From Dehalococcoidia bacterium UBA2247 (lineage in GTDB: Bacteria; Chloroflexota; Dehalococcoidia; UBA2247), in NCBI GenBank assembly GCA_002347295.1, contig DDXZ01000001.1, positions 1-50,680 of the forward strand: a stretch of DNA of 50,680 bases, written 5' to 3'. Below, piece by piece: positions 35,754 through 46,200 of the stretch. The notes under the pieces are model-generated. The model was given only the letters and a program-made list of their open reading frames with translations, ran no database searches and was not told where the DNA came from. Made by a program: the position numbers and the translations under genes. Within the stretch, counting starts at the first letter, position 1. Every line of letters starts with the position of its first letter.

Positions 35754-37603
35754 AGATGTTCTTTAATACTTTCCGCTGCGTTCCGGGTCATTCCGGATAC
35801 CCCGGATAATTCTTCCAGTGAGGCATTTTTGATTCCACGGACCGACCCGAATTTTTGTAATAACGCTTTTTTCCGTTTACTGCCGATACCCGGTATGTCA
35901 TCTAACTGTGAAGAGAGAGATGTTTTACTGCGTATCACGGTGTGATATCCCAGGGCGAAGCGGTGTGCTTCATCGCGGGTACGCTGGAGTAAATGAAGTG
36001 CCGGTGAGTTCGCAGGCAGGGTAACCGGAGCGCTTTTATTGGGAAGAAATATCTCCTCTTTCTCCTTGGCAAGAGCGATGACCGGTATCCTGGTGATGCT
36101 CAAATCCCGTAATATTTTTAAAGCGATGTGCAGGTGTCCCCGTCCGCCATCGATAATAATAAGGTCGGGGAAAATAGTCCATGGTTTTTCCTCTATAGTG
36201 GATGATGTTTCCGGTGCTTCTTCTCTCTTTGCTTCACTATGGAGGAACCGGCGCCGCAGGACTTCTCCCATCATGGCATAATCGTCGGTACCTTCCACTG
36301 TTTTAATACGGAAACGCCGGTAGTGTTCTTTGCGGAACTTTTCATTGTCGAAAACTATCATACTGCCTACGGCAGAAGTACCGCTGATATTGGAAATATC
36401 ATAACATTCAATACGCTGTGGCAGTGACGTTAGATTAAGTTTTTCCTGAAGTTCCTTGAGGGCAGTATGAATCATACCCGGTTCGGATAATTGTTTAATA
36501 CGCCAGTGCTCCATTCCTAATCGGGCATTTTTCTCTGCCATATCCAGGAGATGTTTTCCTTTACCCCGCTGGGGGATGACCAGAGTGACACTGCTACCTC
36601 TCCGCTGCGTTAACCAATCCCGGAGAAGGGGTATATTTGTTGGTGGATAAGAGAGAAGAATCCGTGGTGGTATATGTGGACTGGAGCCGTAGAATTGTTC
36701 GATAAAGCTGGTGATGACATCGTTTTTACTTTCATCCTGCACGCCATGCAGCATGAATTGTTCCTGTCCGATGAGTTTACCTGTCCGTATGAAGAGTATT
36801 TCCACACATGCTTGATTGCCCTCAGTAACTATGGCAATAACATCCTGTTCCCCACCGCCGGGAGAAATTACTTTCTGTCTCTCCATAATATCATGTACTG
36901 CTTCTAACCGGTCACGGAGCAGAGCCGCTTTCTCAAATTGTAGTTCCCGGGAAGCCTTCTTCATCTGGCTTTCCAGACCGCGCATCACCTGTTTTCCTTT
37001 CCCTTCCAGAAAAAGAATAACCTGTTGCATCATATCGTTATATTCCGTACGGGTTACCGCACCAATGCAGGGCCCTAAACAACGGTGCATGTGGTATTCC
37101 AGGCAGGGGCGGGTATCGCTACCGGTAATTGATTTGGTACAGGTACGGAACGGAAAGATTTTACTTACCGCTTTAATTGTTTCGCGTACAGAGTGGGCAC
37201 TGGCGAAGGGACCGAAATAGCGCGCTCCGTCCTGTTCCCAGCGGCGGGTGAAATAAAGGCGGGGCCAATCTTCATTGAAAGATATCTTGATATAGGGATA
37301 TGTTTTATCGTCTTTGAGCAGTACATTATAACGAGGGTGATGCTCTTTAATAAGATTACATTCCAGCAGGATAGCTTCTAGTTCGGAGTCGGTCATGATA
37401 AAATCAATACCCGAGACTTTTTCCACCAGGTTTTGTGTTTTGACCGGTAAAGTGGCCGCTGGAGCAAAATAGGAGCGTACCCGCTGACGCAGCCGGGCGG
37501 CTTTACCAACGTAGATAACCCGGTTTTCTTCATCACGGAAGAGATAGACCCCGGGTTTCTCCGGTAATACTCTGACACATTCCTTAAGACTTTCTCTATT
37601 CAT
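35750..37603 (-). CDS. uvrC: Excinuclease ABC subunit C
   Basis: GIY-YIG N-terminus (PGVYLFRDEENRVIYVGKA), UVR domain, Endo-V-like domain and a C-terminal (HhH)2 (IPGIGSKRKKALLQKFGS). 617 aa. Confidence 0.95.
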   Translation of the reverse strand: MNRESLKECVRVLPEKPGVYLFRDEENRVIYVGKAARLRQRVRSYFAPAATLPVKTQNLVEKVSGIDFIMTDSELEAILLECNLIKEHHPRYNVLLKDDKTYPYIKISFNEDWPRLYFTRRWEQDGARYFGPFASAHSVRETIKAVSKIFPFRTCTKSITGSDTRPCLEYHMHRCLGPCIGAVTRTEYNDMMQQVILFLEGKGKQVMRGLESQMKKASRELQFEKAALLRDRLEAVHDIMERQKVISPGGGEQDVIAIVTEGNQACVEILFIRTGKLIGQEQFMLHGVQDESKNDVITSFIEQFYGSSPHIPPRILLSYPPTNIPLLRDWLTQRRGSSVTLVIPQRGKGKHLLDMAEKNARLGMEHWRIKQLSEPGMIHTALKELQEKLNLTSLPQRIECYDISNISGTSAVGSMIVFDNEKFRKEHYRRFRIKTVEGTDDYAMMGEVLRRRFLHSEAKREEAPETSSTIEEKPWTIFPDLIIIDGGRGHLHIALKILRDLSITRIPVIALAKEKEEIFLPNKSAPVTLPANSPALHLLQRTRDEAHRFALGYHTVIRSKTSLSSQLDDIPGIGSKRKKALLQKFGSVRGIKNASLEELSGVSGMTRNAAESIKEHL

Positions 37604-37745
37604 TTAATGTAAATTTTATCATAGTGTTTACAGGGGAACAAAAAGCGGGGAGAGAGGTATTGTAGATGAGCAAACATCCAAATATAATGTAATATAAGAA
37701 AGTGTGGCTAAATTTTTTATGAGAAGCACTTTACTCCGCATTTGT

Positions 37746-37775
37746 TTGACAAAAAACATGTAATATTTGTAGTAT
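37746..37775 (+). promoter_or_regulatory. Sigma-70-type promoter candidate for acs
   Basis: TTGACA (37746-37751), an 18-nt spacer, TAGTAT (37770-37775). Confidence 0.4.
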
Positions 37776-37851
37776 TATTAGGTTTACTCTGTGAAAATAC
37801 GGAGGAAATAGTTTAGAAAAAATAATTTGATTATAAGGAGGCATTCTGACT

Positions 37852-39831
37852 GTGGCAGTAAACGAAGAAAAAATCATTAAGTCTATGATGGCAGAGAACA
37901 GGGTTTTCAATCCTCCCAAGGAACTCAGCGCCAGGGCTTATATCAAGAGCCTGGATGAGTACAAGAAAATCTATAAGAAATCCGTTGATGACCCAGAAGG
38001 GTTCTGGGCGGAACAGGCTAATGAACTGGAATGGATCAAAAAATGGGATAAGGTTCTCGAAGAAAGATTTGACGAAGGTTATCACCGGTGGTTTCAGGGT
38101 GGCAAGCTTAATGTTAGTGCTAACTGTCTGGACCGGCATGTCAAGACCTGGCGGAAGAACAAAGCTGCTATCATCTGGGAAGGCGACGCTCCCGGAGAGA
38201 GCAAAATTTTAACTTATCAGCAGCTACATTACGAAGTTTGTAAATTTGCTAACGTATTAAAGAAACTCGGTGTCAAGAAAGGCGATCGTGTTTCTATTTA
38301 TTTACCCATGATTGTAGAATTACCCATTGCCATGTTGGCCTGTGCTCGCATCGGTGCGATACACAGCGTCGTCTTTGGCGGTTTCAGCGCGGAAGCTTTG
38401 CTTAACCGTATCAATGACTGTGCGGCTGAGGTTGTTATCTGTTGCGATGGATATTTCCGCGGCGGAAAAGTTATTAACAGTAAATCCAATGCAGACGCTG
38501 CAATGGATGGTGCTCCTAAAGTGAAAACCGGTATTGTTGTAAAGAGAGCCGGCAATGAAGTTGCCATGAAAGAGGGACGTGATCTCTGGTGGCATGAATT
38601 AATGTCTGCACCCGATATTACCGCTGTTAACGAACCCGAAGTTATGGATGCGGAAGATCCCCTGTTCATTCTCTACACCAGTGGCAGTACGGGTAAGCCC
38701 AAGGGAGTTTTACATACCCAGGCCGGTTATCTCCTCTACACTACAATAACTTCTCGCTGGATTTTCGATATTCATGATGAAGATACTTACTGGTGTACCG
38801 CCGACATTGGCTGGATTACGGGACATAGCTACATTGTCTATGGTCCTCTTTCCAATGGTGCCACCTCTGTAATGTTCGAAAGTGTACCGACCTATCCCAA
38901 TCCCGACCGCTTCTGGGAGATCGTAGAAAAATACAAGATAAACATATTCTATACCGCTCCTACTGCGCTACGTTCACTGATGAGAGAAGGCAATGCCTGG
39001 GTAGAGAAACATGACTTGAGCAGCCTGCGCATTCTCGGTTCAGTGGGTGAGCCTATCAACCCCGAAGCATGGATGTGGTATTTTAACATTGTTGGCAAGG
39101 GCAAGTGTCCCATCATGGATACCTGGTGGCAAACCGAAACGGGTGGTATCTGTATTACCCCGCTTCCCGGTGCTATTGCGACCAAGCCGGGTTCTGCTAC
39201 ATTACCGTTCCCCGGTATTCAGCCCGCTGTTTTGAGGGCGGACGCTACCCGTGCCAGTGTTAACGAAGGTGGCTCGCTGGTTATTACTAAACCCTGGCCC
39301 GGTTTGATGAGAACTGTTTACGGTGATCCCGAACGATTCCAGAAGACCTACTTTGGTCCCTTCAAGGGTGTTTACACCGTTGGTGACGGTGCCCGTGTCG
39401 ACGAGGATGGTTATTACTGGTTGATGGGTCGTCTTGATGATGTTATCAAGGTATCAGGACACCGTCTGGGCACCGCTGAACTGGAGAGCGCTTTGGTGAG
39501 CCATGCTTCAGTAGCGGAAGCAGCCGTTGTTCCTATGCCTCATGATATTAAAGGTGAAGGTATCTATGCCTTCGTTACCGTAAAATCCGGTGTCGAGAAG
39601 ACGGATGCTTTGAAAAAAGAGCTTATTGCTCATGTACGTAAGACCGTTGGACCTATCGCCAGCCCGGATAAGATTCAATTTGCCGATGCTCTGCCCAAGA
39701 CGAGAAGTGGCAAAATTATGAGAAGAATTCTGGTTAAGATTGCTTCCGGTAAGGTAGATGATATGGGCGATACTTCTACCCTGGCCGATCCTTCTGTCGT
39801 CACTACTCTGGTTAACGAAAGAGTAAAGTAA
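37852..39831 (+). CDS. acs: Acetyl-CoA synthetase (AMP-forming)
   Basis: GTG start after AAGGAGG. Motifs [19 protein letters not shown] and the C-terminal [11 protein letters not shown]. 659 aa. Confidence 0.95.
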   Translation: MAVNEEKIIKSMMAENRVFNPPKELSARAYIKSLDEYKKIYKKSVDDPEGFWAEQANELEWIKKWDKVLEERFDEGYHRWFQGGKLNVSANCLDRHVKTWRKNKAAIIWEGDAPGESKILTYQQLHYEVCKFANVLKKLGVKKGDRVSIYLPMIVELPIAMLACARIGAIHSVVFGGFSAEALLNRINDCAAEVVICCDGYFRGGKVINSKSNADAAMDGAPKVKTGIVVKRAGNEVAMKEGRDLWWHELMSAPDITAVNEPEVMDAEDPLFILYTSGSTGKPKGVLHTQAGYLLYTTITSRWIFDIHDEDTYWCTADIGWITGHSYIVYGPLSNGATSVMFESVPTYPNPDRFWEIVEKYKINIFYTAPTALRSLMREGNAWVEKHDLSSLRILGSVGEPINPEAWMWYFNIVGKGKCPIMDTWWQTETGGICITPLPGAIATKPGSATLPFPGIQPAVLRADATRASVNEGGSLVITKPWPGLMRTVYGDPERFQKTYFGPFKGVYTVGDGARVDEDGYYWLMGRLDDVIKVSGHRLGTAELESALVSHASVAEAAVVPMPHDIKGEGIYAFVTVKSGVEKTDALKKELIAHVRKTVGPIASPDKIQFADALPKTRSGKIMRRILVKIASGKVDDMGDTSTLADPSVVTTLVNERVK

Positions 39832-39862
39832 ATCCGTAAAACGGACAATAAGTAAAGCTAGT

Positions 39863-39901
39863 AAACCCACCGCTGTCTCGAGATAAGACAGCGGTGGGTT
39901 T
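39863..39901 (+). terminator. Intrinsic terminator-like hairpin after acs
   Basis: 16-bp perfect stem aaacccaccgctgtct / agacagcggtgggttt with a 7-nt loop. The downstream T-tract is interrupted (tttacttattt). Confidence 0.6.
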
Positions 39902-40004
39902 ACTTATTTCATATTTTTGCAATAAATAGCAATTGGTGTAATAATACGAGATAGTAAAATATTTATGTTAGATTTCGGAGCAATTCCGGGACGATGAGAG
40001 GCCA

Positions 40005-41579
40005 ATGAATATACTTTTAGTTTATCCGCAATATGTTGATACTTTCTGGAGTTTCAAGCATGCTTTGAAATTTGCTTCCAAAAAAGCAGCTTTTCCTCCT
40101 CTGGGATTACTTACTATGGCCGCGATGCTTCCTCCGGAGTGGGAGAAGAAAGTCGTTGATATGAATGTGGACAAACTGACTGATAAAGATTTAAAGAAAG
40201 CAGATTATGTCTTTATCAGTGCTATGGTGGTGCAGTGGGAATCTTCTCGGGAAGTGGTTGACCGGTGTAAGAAACTGGGTATAAAAACCGTTGCCGGCGG
40301 CCCCTTGTTTACCATGGTTCCGCAGGAATTTCCGGATGTTGACCATCTCGTACTGGATGAAGCGGAAACAACATTGGCTCCTTTCCTCGAAGACCTGAAA
40401 AACGGGTGTGCTAAAAAGATGTATCGTGCGCCGGTTGATGTCTGGCCTGATGTTACTAAAACTCCTGTCCCTATGTGGGAACTGATAAAAATGAATAAAT
40501 ATGCTTCGATGAATGTTCAGTATTCCCGTGGTTGTCCCTTTGATTGTGAATTCTGTAACGTGACTACACTTAATGGACACCGTCCCCGTACTAAAACAGG
40601 AGAGCAGATAGTAAACGAACTGGAATCACTTTATAAGGTGAACTGGCGGGGTGCTGTCTTTGTTGTTGATGATAACTTCATCGGTAATAAGAATAAATTA
40701 AAGAAAGAAGTACTCCCGGCTATTTCCGCGTGGATGAAGGAAAAAAAATATCCTTTCCATCTTAATACCGAGACATCGATTAATCTGGCCGATGACGTTG
40801 AACTGATGGATATGATGACTGATGCCGGGTTTAATACCGTGTTTATTGGTATTGAAACTACCAACGAGGGAAGCCTGGAGGAATGCCACAAGGTACAGAA
40901 CCAGAAACGTGACCTGGCAGAGTCAGTTAAAAAAATACAAAACCATGGTATACAGGTGCAGGCGGGCTTTATTGTGGGATTTGACAGTGACCCGCAGTCA
41001 ATCTTCCAGGAGCAGATTGATTTTATCCAGAAGACCGGTATTGTTACCGCTATGGTCGGTATGCTCATGGCTCCGCCGCAAACCAGGTTGTATCGCCGCA
41101 TGGAGAAAGAAGGTCGTATTATACCGGGTGGGTCAGGAGATAATACTGACGGTTCCACCAATGTTATCCCCAAGATGGGCTATGAAAAGCTCTTCAATGG
41201 ATATCGTAAGATTGTACAGACCATCTATTCTCCGGAGCAATGTTATCAAAGAATTAAAACATTTATCAAAGAATATAAGCCGCCCCGCAAGAATTGGGGC
41301 CGGAAGTTGCCCGGTTTAAGCGATATTAAGTCTCTTCTCCATACGGCTCTGGTGCTGGGAATAAGAGAGAAGGAAAGATGGGTTTACTGGAAACTCGTGA
41401 TATCCACTTTATTCAAACGGCCCCGCTTTCTTCATCTTTCGATAACGCTCATGGCATACGGATACCATTTCCGTAAAGTTGCCGATAAACTGCGTTATCC
41501 TCCTGTCAGCAGAATGACACCAATGCAGCCGGTAACGGCGAATGCAGGGAACGAAAAGTCTAACCAGAACGTTAATTAA
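40005..41579 (+). CDS. B12-binding-domain radical SAM protein with DUF4070-type C-terminal extension
   Basis: MNILLVYPQY... B12-binding-like N-terminus, cluster motif GCPFDCEFCNV and a long helical C-terminal region. 524 aa. Paralogous in architecture to 3076-4653. Confidence 0.85.
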   Translation: MNILLVYPQYVDTFWSFKHALKFASKKAAFPPLGLLTMAAMLPPEWEKKVVDMNVDKLTDKDLKKADYVFISAMVVQWESSREVVDRCKKLGIKTVAGGPLFTMVPQEFPDVDHLVLDEAETTLAPFLEDLKNGCAKKMYRAPVDVWPDVTKTPVPMWELIKMNKYASMNVQYSRGCPFDCEFCNVTTLNGHRPRTKTGEQIVNELESLYKVNWRGAVFVVDDNFIGNKNKLKKEVLPAISAWMKEKKYPFHLNTETSINLADDVELMDMMTDAGFNTVFIGIETTNEGSLEECHKVQNQKRDLAESVKKIQNHGIQVQAGFIVGFDSDPQSIFQEQIDFIQKTGIVTAMVGMLMAPPQTRLYRRMEKEGRIIPGGSGDNTDGSTNVIPKMGYEKLFNGYRKIVQTIYSPEQCYQRIKTFIKEYKPPRKNWGRKLPGLSDIKSLLHTALVLGIREKERWVYWKLVISTLFKRPRFLHLSITLMAYGYHFRKVADKLRYPPVSRMTPMQPVTANAGNEKSNQNVN

Positions 41580-41621
41580 TCAGGTAAGTTTAATTAATTA
41601 TCTTAATTACTGGTTGGTGTA

Positions 41622-42320
41622 ATGATTAAAGCCATATTTTTTGATTTGCATGGTACTCTGGCATATTTTTATCCGCCGCGGCATGAAATTCATGTCATCG
41701 CCGCCCGCGATTGCGGTGTTACAGTTAGCTCTGAAGCAATATTGAAAGCACTTCCTCTGGCGGATGAGGCATGGAAAAGTGTTATTACGAACCAGGGGAA
41801 AGAAGACGGGAAAGGCCAGAACAATAGTAAACCGGGAGCATTTTACGAACAGGAATTATTGCGCCGATGCGGAGTGGAAGTAACACTGGAAACTGCGGCA
41901 AAAATCATCGATGGTTTCTGGAAACTTATGGCACATTTTGTCCCATATGATGATAGTATCCCGACATTAAAACTCCTGAAAGAGCGGGGATTTATTCTCG
42001 GTGTCCTCACTAATATTGCCGGCGGAGATGTTAATGTTATCTGCGATAATCTGGGGTTTACTCCTTATCTTAATGTGGCAGTAAGCTCGGAGGAAGTGGG
42101 AGCGGGAAAGCCGGATGCCCCGATATTTCTTAAAGCGTTGGAGCGTGCCGGTGTTAAGGCTGATGAGTCCATATATGTTGGTGATAAATATAATATCGAT
42201 GTCCTCGGGGCTCGGGGAGTGGGTATTAATCCGGTGCTTCTTGATCGTGATAACGCTTCTCCTGATGTTAATGATTGTCCCCGCGTCCGGACATTGAATG
42301 AGGTAGTGGCGCTGCTATAA
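41622..42320 (+). CDS. HAD-IA family hydrolase
   Basis: IFFDLHGTL (a DxD-position variant), LTN and YVGDKYNIDVLGARGVG motifs. 232 aa. Confidence 0.75.
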   Translation: MIKAIFFDLHGTLAYFYPPRHEIHVIAARDCGVTVSSEAILKALPLADEAWKSVITNQGKEDGKGQNNSKPGAFYEQELLRRCGVEVTLETAAKIIDGFWKLMAHFVPYDDSIPTLKLLKERGFILGVLTNIAGGDVNVICDNLGFTPYLNVAVSSEEVGAGKPDAPIFLKALERAGVKADESIYVGDKYNIDVLGARGVGINPVLLDRDNASPDVNDCPRVRTLNEVVALL

Positions 42321-42368
42321 CGCGCGGGCATAATATGTGTGTGGAATTATTTGTTATAAGATAGGATT

Positions 42369-42393
42369 GTAGGGGCAGGTTTTAAACCTGCCC
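42369..42393 (+). repeat. REP hairpin, upstream flank of the RAYT gene
   Basis: gtaggggcaggttttaaacctgccc: stem gggcaggttt/aaacctgccc with a 5' GTAG tetranucleotide. Confidence 0.75.
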
Positions 42394-42427
42394 ATTTTAT
42401 TAAATTTATGTAAATGGGACTTATGGT

Positions 42428-42964
42428 ATGCAATCTCGTCATCCCTCAATGAGATTAAGAAATTATGATTATACCAGGCCAAATGCATATTTTGTTACTA
42501 TTTGTACTTACCACCGACAGATACTTCTGGGGAAAATAAATAATGGGATGATGGATTTGAATTCTTATGGTGATATTGCATTATCATGCTGGGAGAAGAT
42601 ACCGGAACACTATTCTGCGATTACATTGGCTTCATTTACAGTTATGCCTAATCATATTCATGGAATTATAATTATAGGTGATAATGATATTCGGGCAGGT
42701 TTAAAACCTGCCCCTACAAAATACTCGCTTTCTGAAATTGTGCGTGCATTCAAGACGTTTTCGGCACGAGATATAAATCAGGCAAGAAAGACCCCGGGTA
42801 GTCCTGTCTGGCAGAGATATTTTTATGAACATATAGTACGGTCGGAAGAAGAATTCAATCAAATTTCAGAATATATTATTAATAATCCGTTAAAATGGAT
42901 ACTGGACAAAGAAAACCCGGAAAGAAAAAATTCAGTGGATATTCTGCCATTTGAGCATGGATAA
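42428..42964 (+). CDS. REP-associated tyrosine transposase (RAYT; IS200/IS605-like Y1 HUH enzyme)
   Basis: HUH motif in VMPNHIHGII. C-terminal Tyr region WQRYFYEHIVRSEEE. 178 aa. Flanked by cognate REP hairpins. Confidence 0.8.
   Translation: MQSRHPSMRLRNYDYTRPNAYFVTICTYHRQILLGKINNGMMDLNSYGDIALSCWEKIPEHYSAITLASFTVMPNHIHGIIIIGDNDIRAGLKPAPTKYSLSEIVRAFKTFSARDINQARKTPGSPVWQRYFYEHIVRSEEEFNQISEYIINNPLKWILDKENPERKNSVDILPFEHG
42693..42717 (-). repeat. REP hairpin inside the RAYT coding sequence (inverted orientation)
   Basis: gggcaggtttaaaacctgcccctac is the exact reverse complement of the 42369-42393 REP. It is translated in frame as RAGLKPAPT, just after the HUH motif. Confidence 0.8.
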
Positions 42965-43024
42965 TGATATTTTAATAGCAGCTATCATATTATTTTAAAA
43001 TTTGTTATTACCGTAAATTCTCTT

Positions 43025-43049
43025 GTAGGGGCAGGTTTAAAACCTGCCC
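43025..43049 (+). repeat. REP hairpin, downstream flank of the RAYT gene
   Basis: gtaggggcaggtttaaaacctgccc. Same orientation as the upstream copy, with the loop shifted by one T/A. Confidence 0.75.
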
Positions 43050-43104
43050 GCCTGTGTTACGGAGTATTGTCTGATTGAGGAAGGAAGCTCTACAGTATAA
43101 TAAT

Positions 43105-43268
43105 GGTAACGTTCCCTTTTGGTTGATATTAAAATCATCACAATAATCCATACCGACGCGGGTGCCCTTTGGGCAGGGTATCCAGAAGTTAAATTATTTG
43201 ACTAGATTCGCACCCAAAGGGTACCCGTCAACGGAATGGAATAGAAAACAACCAAAAGGGAACGTTAC
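43105..43268 (+). mobile_element. MITE-like element, copy 1 (about 164 nt)
   Basis: 20-bp perfect terminal inverted repeat gtaacgttcccttttggttg / caaccaaaagggaacgttac. Flanks ataataat and ataatagt (7 of 8) look like an 8-bp target duplication. Internal hairpin gacgcgggtgccctttggg...cccaaagggtacccgtc. Confidence 0.7.
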
Positions 43269-43288
43269 ATAATAGTAATGTTTTCTTA

Positions 43289-46200
43289 TTACGCTCTTCC
43301 TGTCGCCAGTTCAGTTAATAACTCTTCCAGTTCCTTCTGCCAGCTATTGTCTCCGGCTTTACGGCGCAGCATGAGACTTTTCCCATCCCAATTCCCCCCA
43401 CCGTGCCTTAACCGGGTAACCAGACTGGGGCGAATGTCCATATTTTCCGTTATCCAGAGGACAATATATTCTTTCTCTGCGGAGATGGAGCGGATACTGG
43501 CTTTTGCTGCCAGTGATTTTATTTTCACGGCATAGAGCAAGTTTTCCACCTCCAGAGGTATTCTGCCGAAGATATCCCGCATTTCTGCGGCAACATTATC
43601 CACTTCCTCCGGTGTTTTTATTGAAGCTAAACGGCGGTAGAAATTAAGCCGGGTATCCACGCCGGTGATGTAATCTTCCGGGATATGCGCATTTAATGGT
43701 AAATTAATAGTGGGCATATGTGCTTCCATGATAGAGGACGGAGCTGTTTCTTCTTCTAGATTGCCTTCGGAAATCTTCTTTTCCCTTTCTGCCCGCAGAC
43801 GGGCAACATTCTCCGCCAGCAGGCGGCAGTAGAGGTCAAATCCCACCGCGGCGATATGGCCGCTTTGTTCTGCTCCCAGGAGATTTCCTGCGCCGCGTAT
43901 TTCCAGGTCTTTCATCGCTATCTGGAAACCAACCCCGAGGTCGGTTGCTTCGAAAATGGTCGCCAGCCGTTTCTCGGCAGAGGAAGTGAGCCTTCTACCC
44001 TTGCCGTAAAGAAAATAGGCATAAGCCCGTTCACTGCTCCGCCCCACCCTGCCTCTTAGCTGATAAAGCTGTGCCAGTCCGAAAGAATCTGCTTCGTTAA
44101 TGATTAGAGTATTGGCCCGCGGGATATCCAGCCCCGATTCGATAATCGTGGTACAAACAAGGATATCGGCTTCCCCTTCGGCAAATTTCTGCATTACCTC
44201 TTCCAGTTCGTTATTGGCCATCTGGCCGTGTGCCACCAGAATTTTTGCTTCCGGTATCAGTTCGGTCAGATGCCGGGTAATGCGATTGATGTTATGAATA
44301 CGGTTATGGACGAAGAACACCTGCCCTTTCCGTTCTATTTCGCGCAGTATCACTTCCCGTACCAGTTTATCATCATATTCGCTCACACTGGTCTTGATCG
44401 GCAGGCGGTTTTCCGGTGGAGTCTCCATAATACTGATATCGCGTGCTCCGGCCAGGGAAAGATGCAATGTGCGCGGTATCGGTGTTGCGCTGGCAGTGAG
44501 AAAATCGACTTCCTTGCGCATTTTTTTTAATTTTTCCTTGTCGGCTACGCCGAAGCGCTGCTCCTCATCTACGATAACCAGTCCCAGATTTTTGAACTTC
44601 ACGTCCTTCTGTAACAGGCGGTGTGTCCCGATGCAGATATCCACCGTGCCATCGGCCATGTCCGCTAAAATCTTTTGTTGTTCTTTTCGGGAATTAAAGC
44701 GGCAGAGGACATCTATTTTCACGGGGAAGGGTGCCAGTCTTTGTTTAAACGTCATATAATGCTGTTGTGCCAGTACCGTGGTGGGGACGAGGACGGCTAC
44801 CTGCCGGCTGTCCATCACTGCTTTAAAAGCCGCCCGGAGAATGACCTCGGTTTTACCGTAGCCGACATCACCGCAGATGAGACGGTCCATGCATTTTGGC
44901 TTTTCCATATCTTCTTTCACCTGGCGTACTGCTTCCGCCTGGTCGGGGGTCTCGGTAAAGGGGAAAGAATCCTCCAGTTCATTCTGCCAGGTTGTATCCG
45001 GCAGGTAGGCATGCCCCGTTGCCAGTTCCCTTTCGGAATATAATGCCAGCAGGTCACGCGCCATTTTTTCAGTGGATTCTTTCACCCGTCGTTTCAGGCG
45101 TGACCAATCCTGGGTTCCCAATCTTGTCAGTACCGGTTCACCTTCGCCCGCACCGACATAGCGGTTAATCCGGTCGAGCTGATCCAGAGGAATATAGAGC
45201 TTGTCACCGGCGGCATATTCCAGAATGAGATATTCTCTTTCTATGGAATCGTCCGGCATTTTTGTTATTCCCGTGAAGCGGCCGATGCCGTGTTCGATAT
45301 GCACCACATAGTCACCCAGAGTGAAATCACTGAGAGACAACGGCTTTGCCGTCTTACGCCGCACTGGGTAGCGACGGGGTTTCACAATGCCGAAAAGTTC
45401 GGCATCGGTTAAGAGAATGGTCTTATTCAGACGGCCGGTGCCCCATCCTGCACTGAGAGCACCGTCAATTAATGTCAAAGAGCCGGGACGGGGTAACGTA
45501 TTAAGTTGTGAAATAACGGGTACGTTCAGTCCTTCCTCTCCCAGCAATTCCGCCATACGCTTTGCCTGCCGCGTAATCAGAATAAGACGGCGTTTTCCGG
45601 CGGCCATTTCCCGAGCACCGGCGAGCAAAGGTTCCAGTTGTCCGCCATAATGTGGTGCCATAGAAAAATCCAGTTTGTAGCTCTGTTCTGTTTCACTTCC
45701 GCTGTCCCAACGGCAAAATTGCACCTGTGTTCCGGTACGGTTCAGACTATCCATTAATTCCGCAGCAGTAAGGTAAGGACGGTGCTCTGCTTCGGCAAAA
45801 TCTTCCTCTTCACGGCACCGTTGCCGCAGATGTTCTATCCGCTCTTCTGTTTCCCAGGCGGAATTTTTGATATCCAGAGGCTCATTCAGCAGAAATATAG
45901 TATTCTCCGGTAAATAATCCATAAGGGTATCGCTGATATCAATAGAATCGGTTGTATCGGAAAAAGCATCACCTGGCGGGGCAATAACCAGTGACTGAAT
46001 CTGCTTCAGGGAACGCTGTGTTACCGGGTCGAAGAAACGGATGCTCTCAATATTATTCCCGAAGAATTCGATACGGGCGGGTAAATCATTCCCCGGAGTA
46101 TAAATATCGAGGATTCCCCCGCGGCGGCTTACCATGCCCGGCATCTCTACTGCCGCTTCTCTCTGGTAACCCATAGCGACCCATCCGGCGAGGAGTTTGA

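Noticed and set aside
40191-41319. Large antisense or out-of-frame ORFs inside the DUF4070 radical SAM gene (129, 180 and 165 aa), and similar ones inside mfd, acs, uvrC and metG
   Set aside because: They are shadow ORFs of long, well-supported genes. They have low-complexity or atypical composition and no RBS or motif support.
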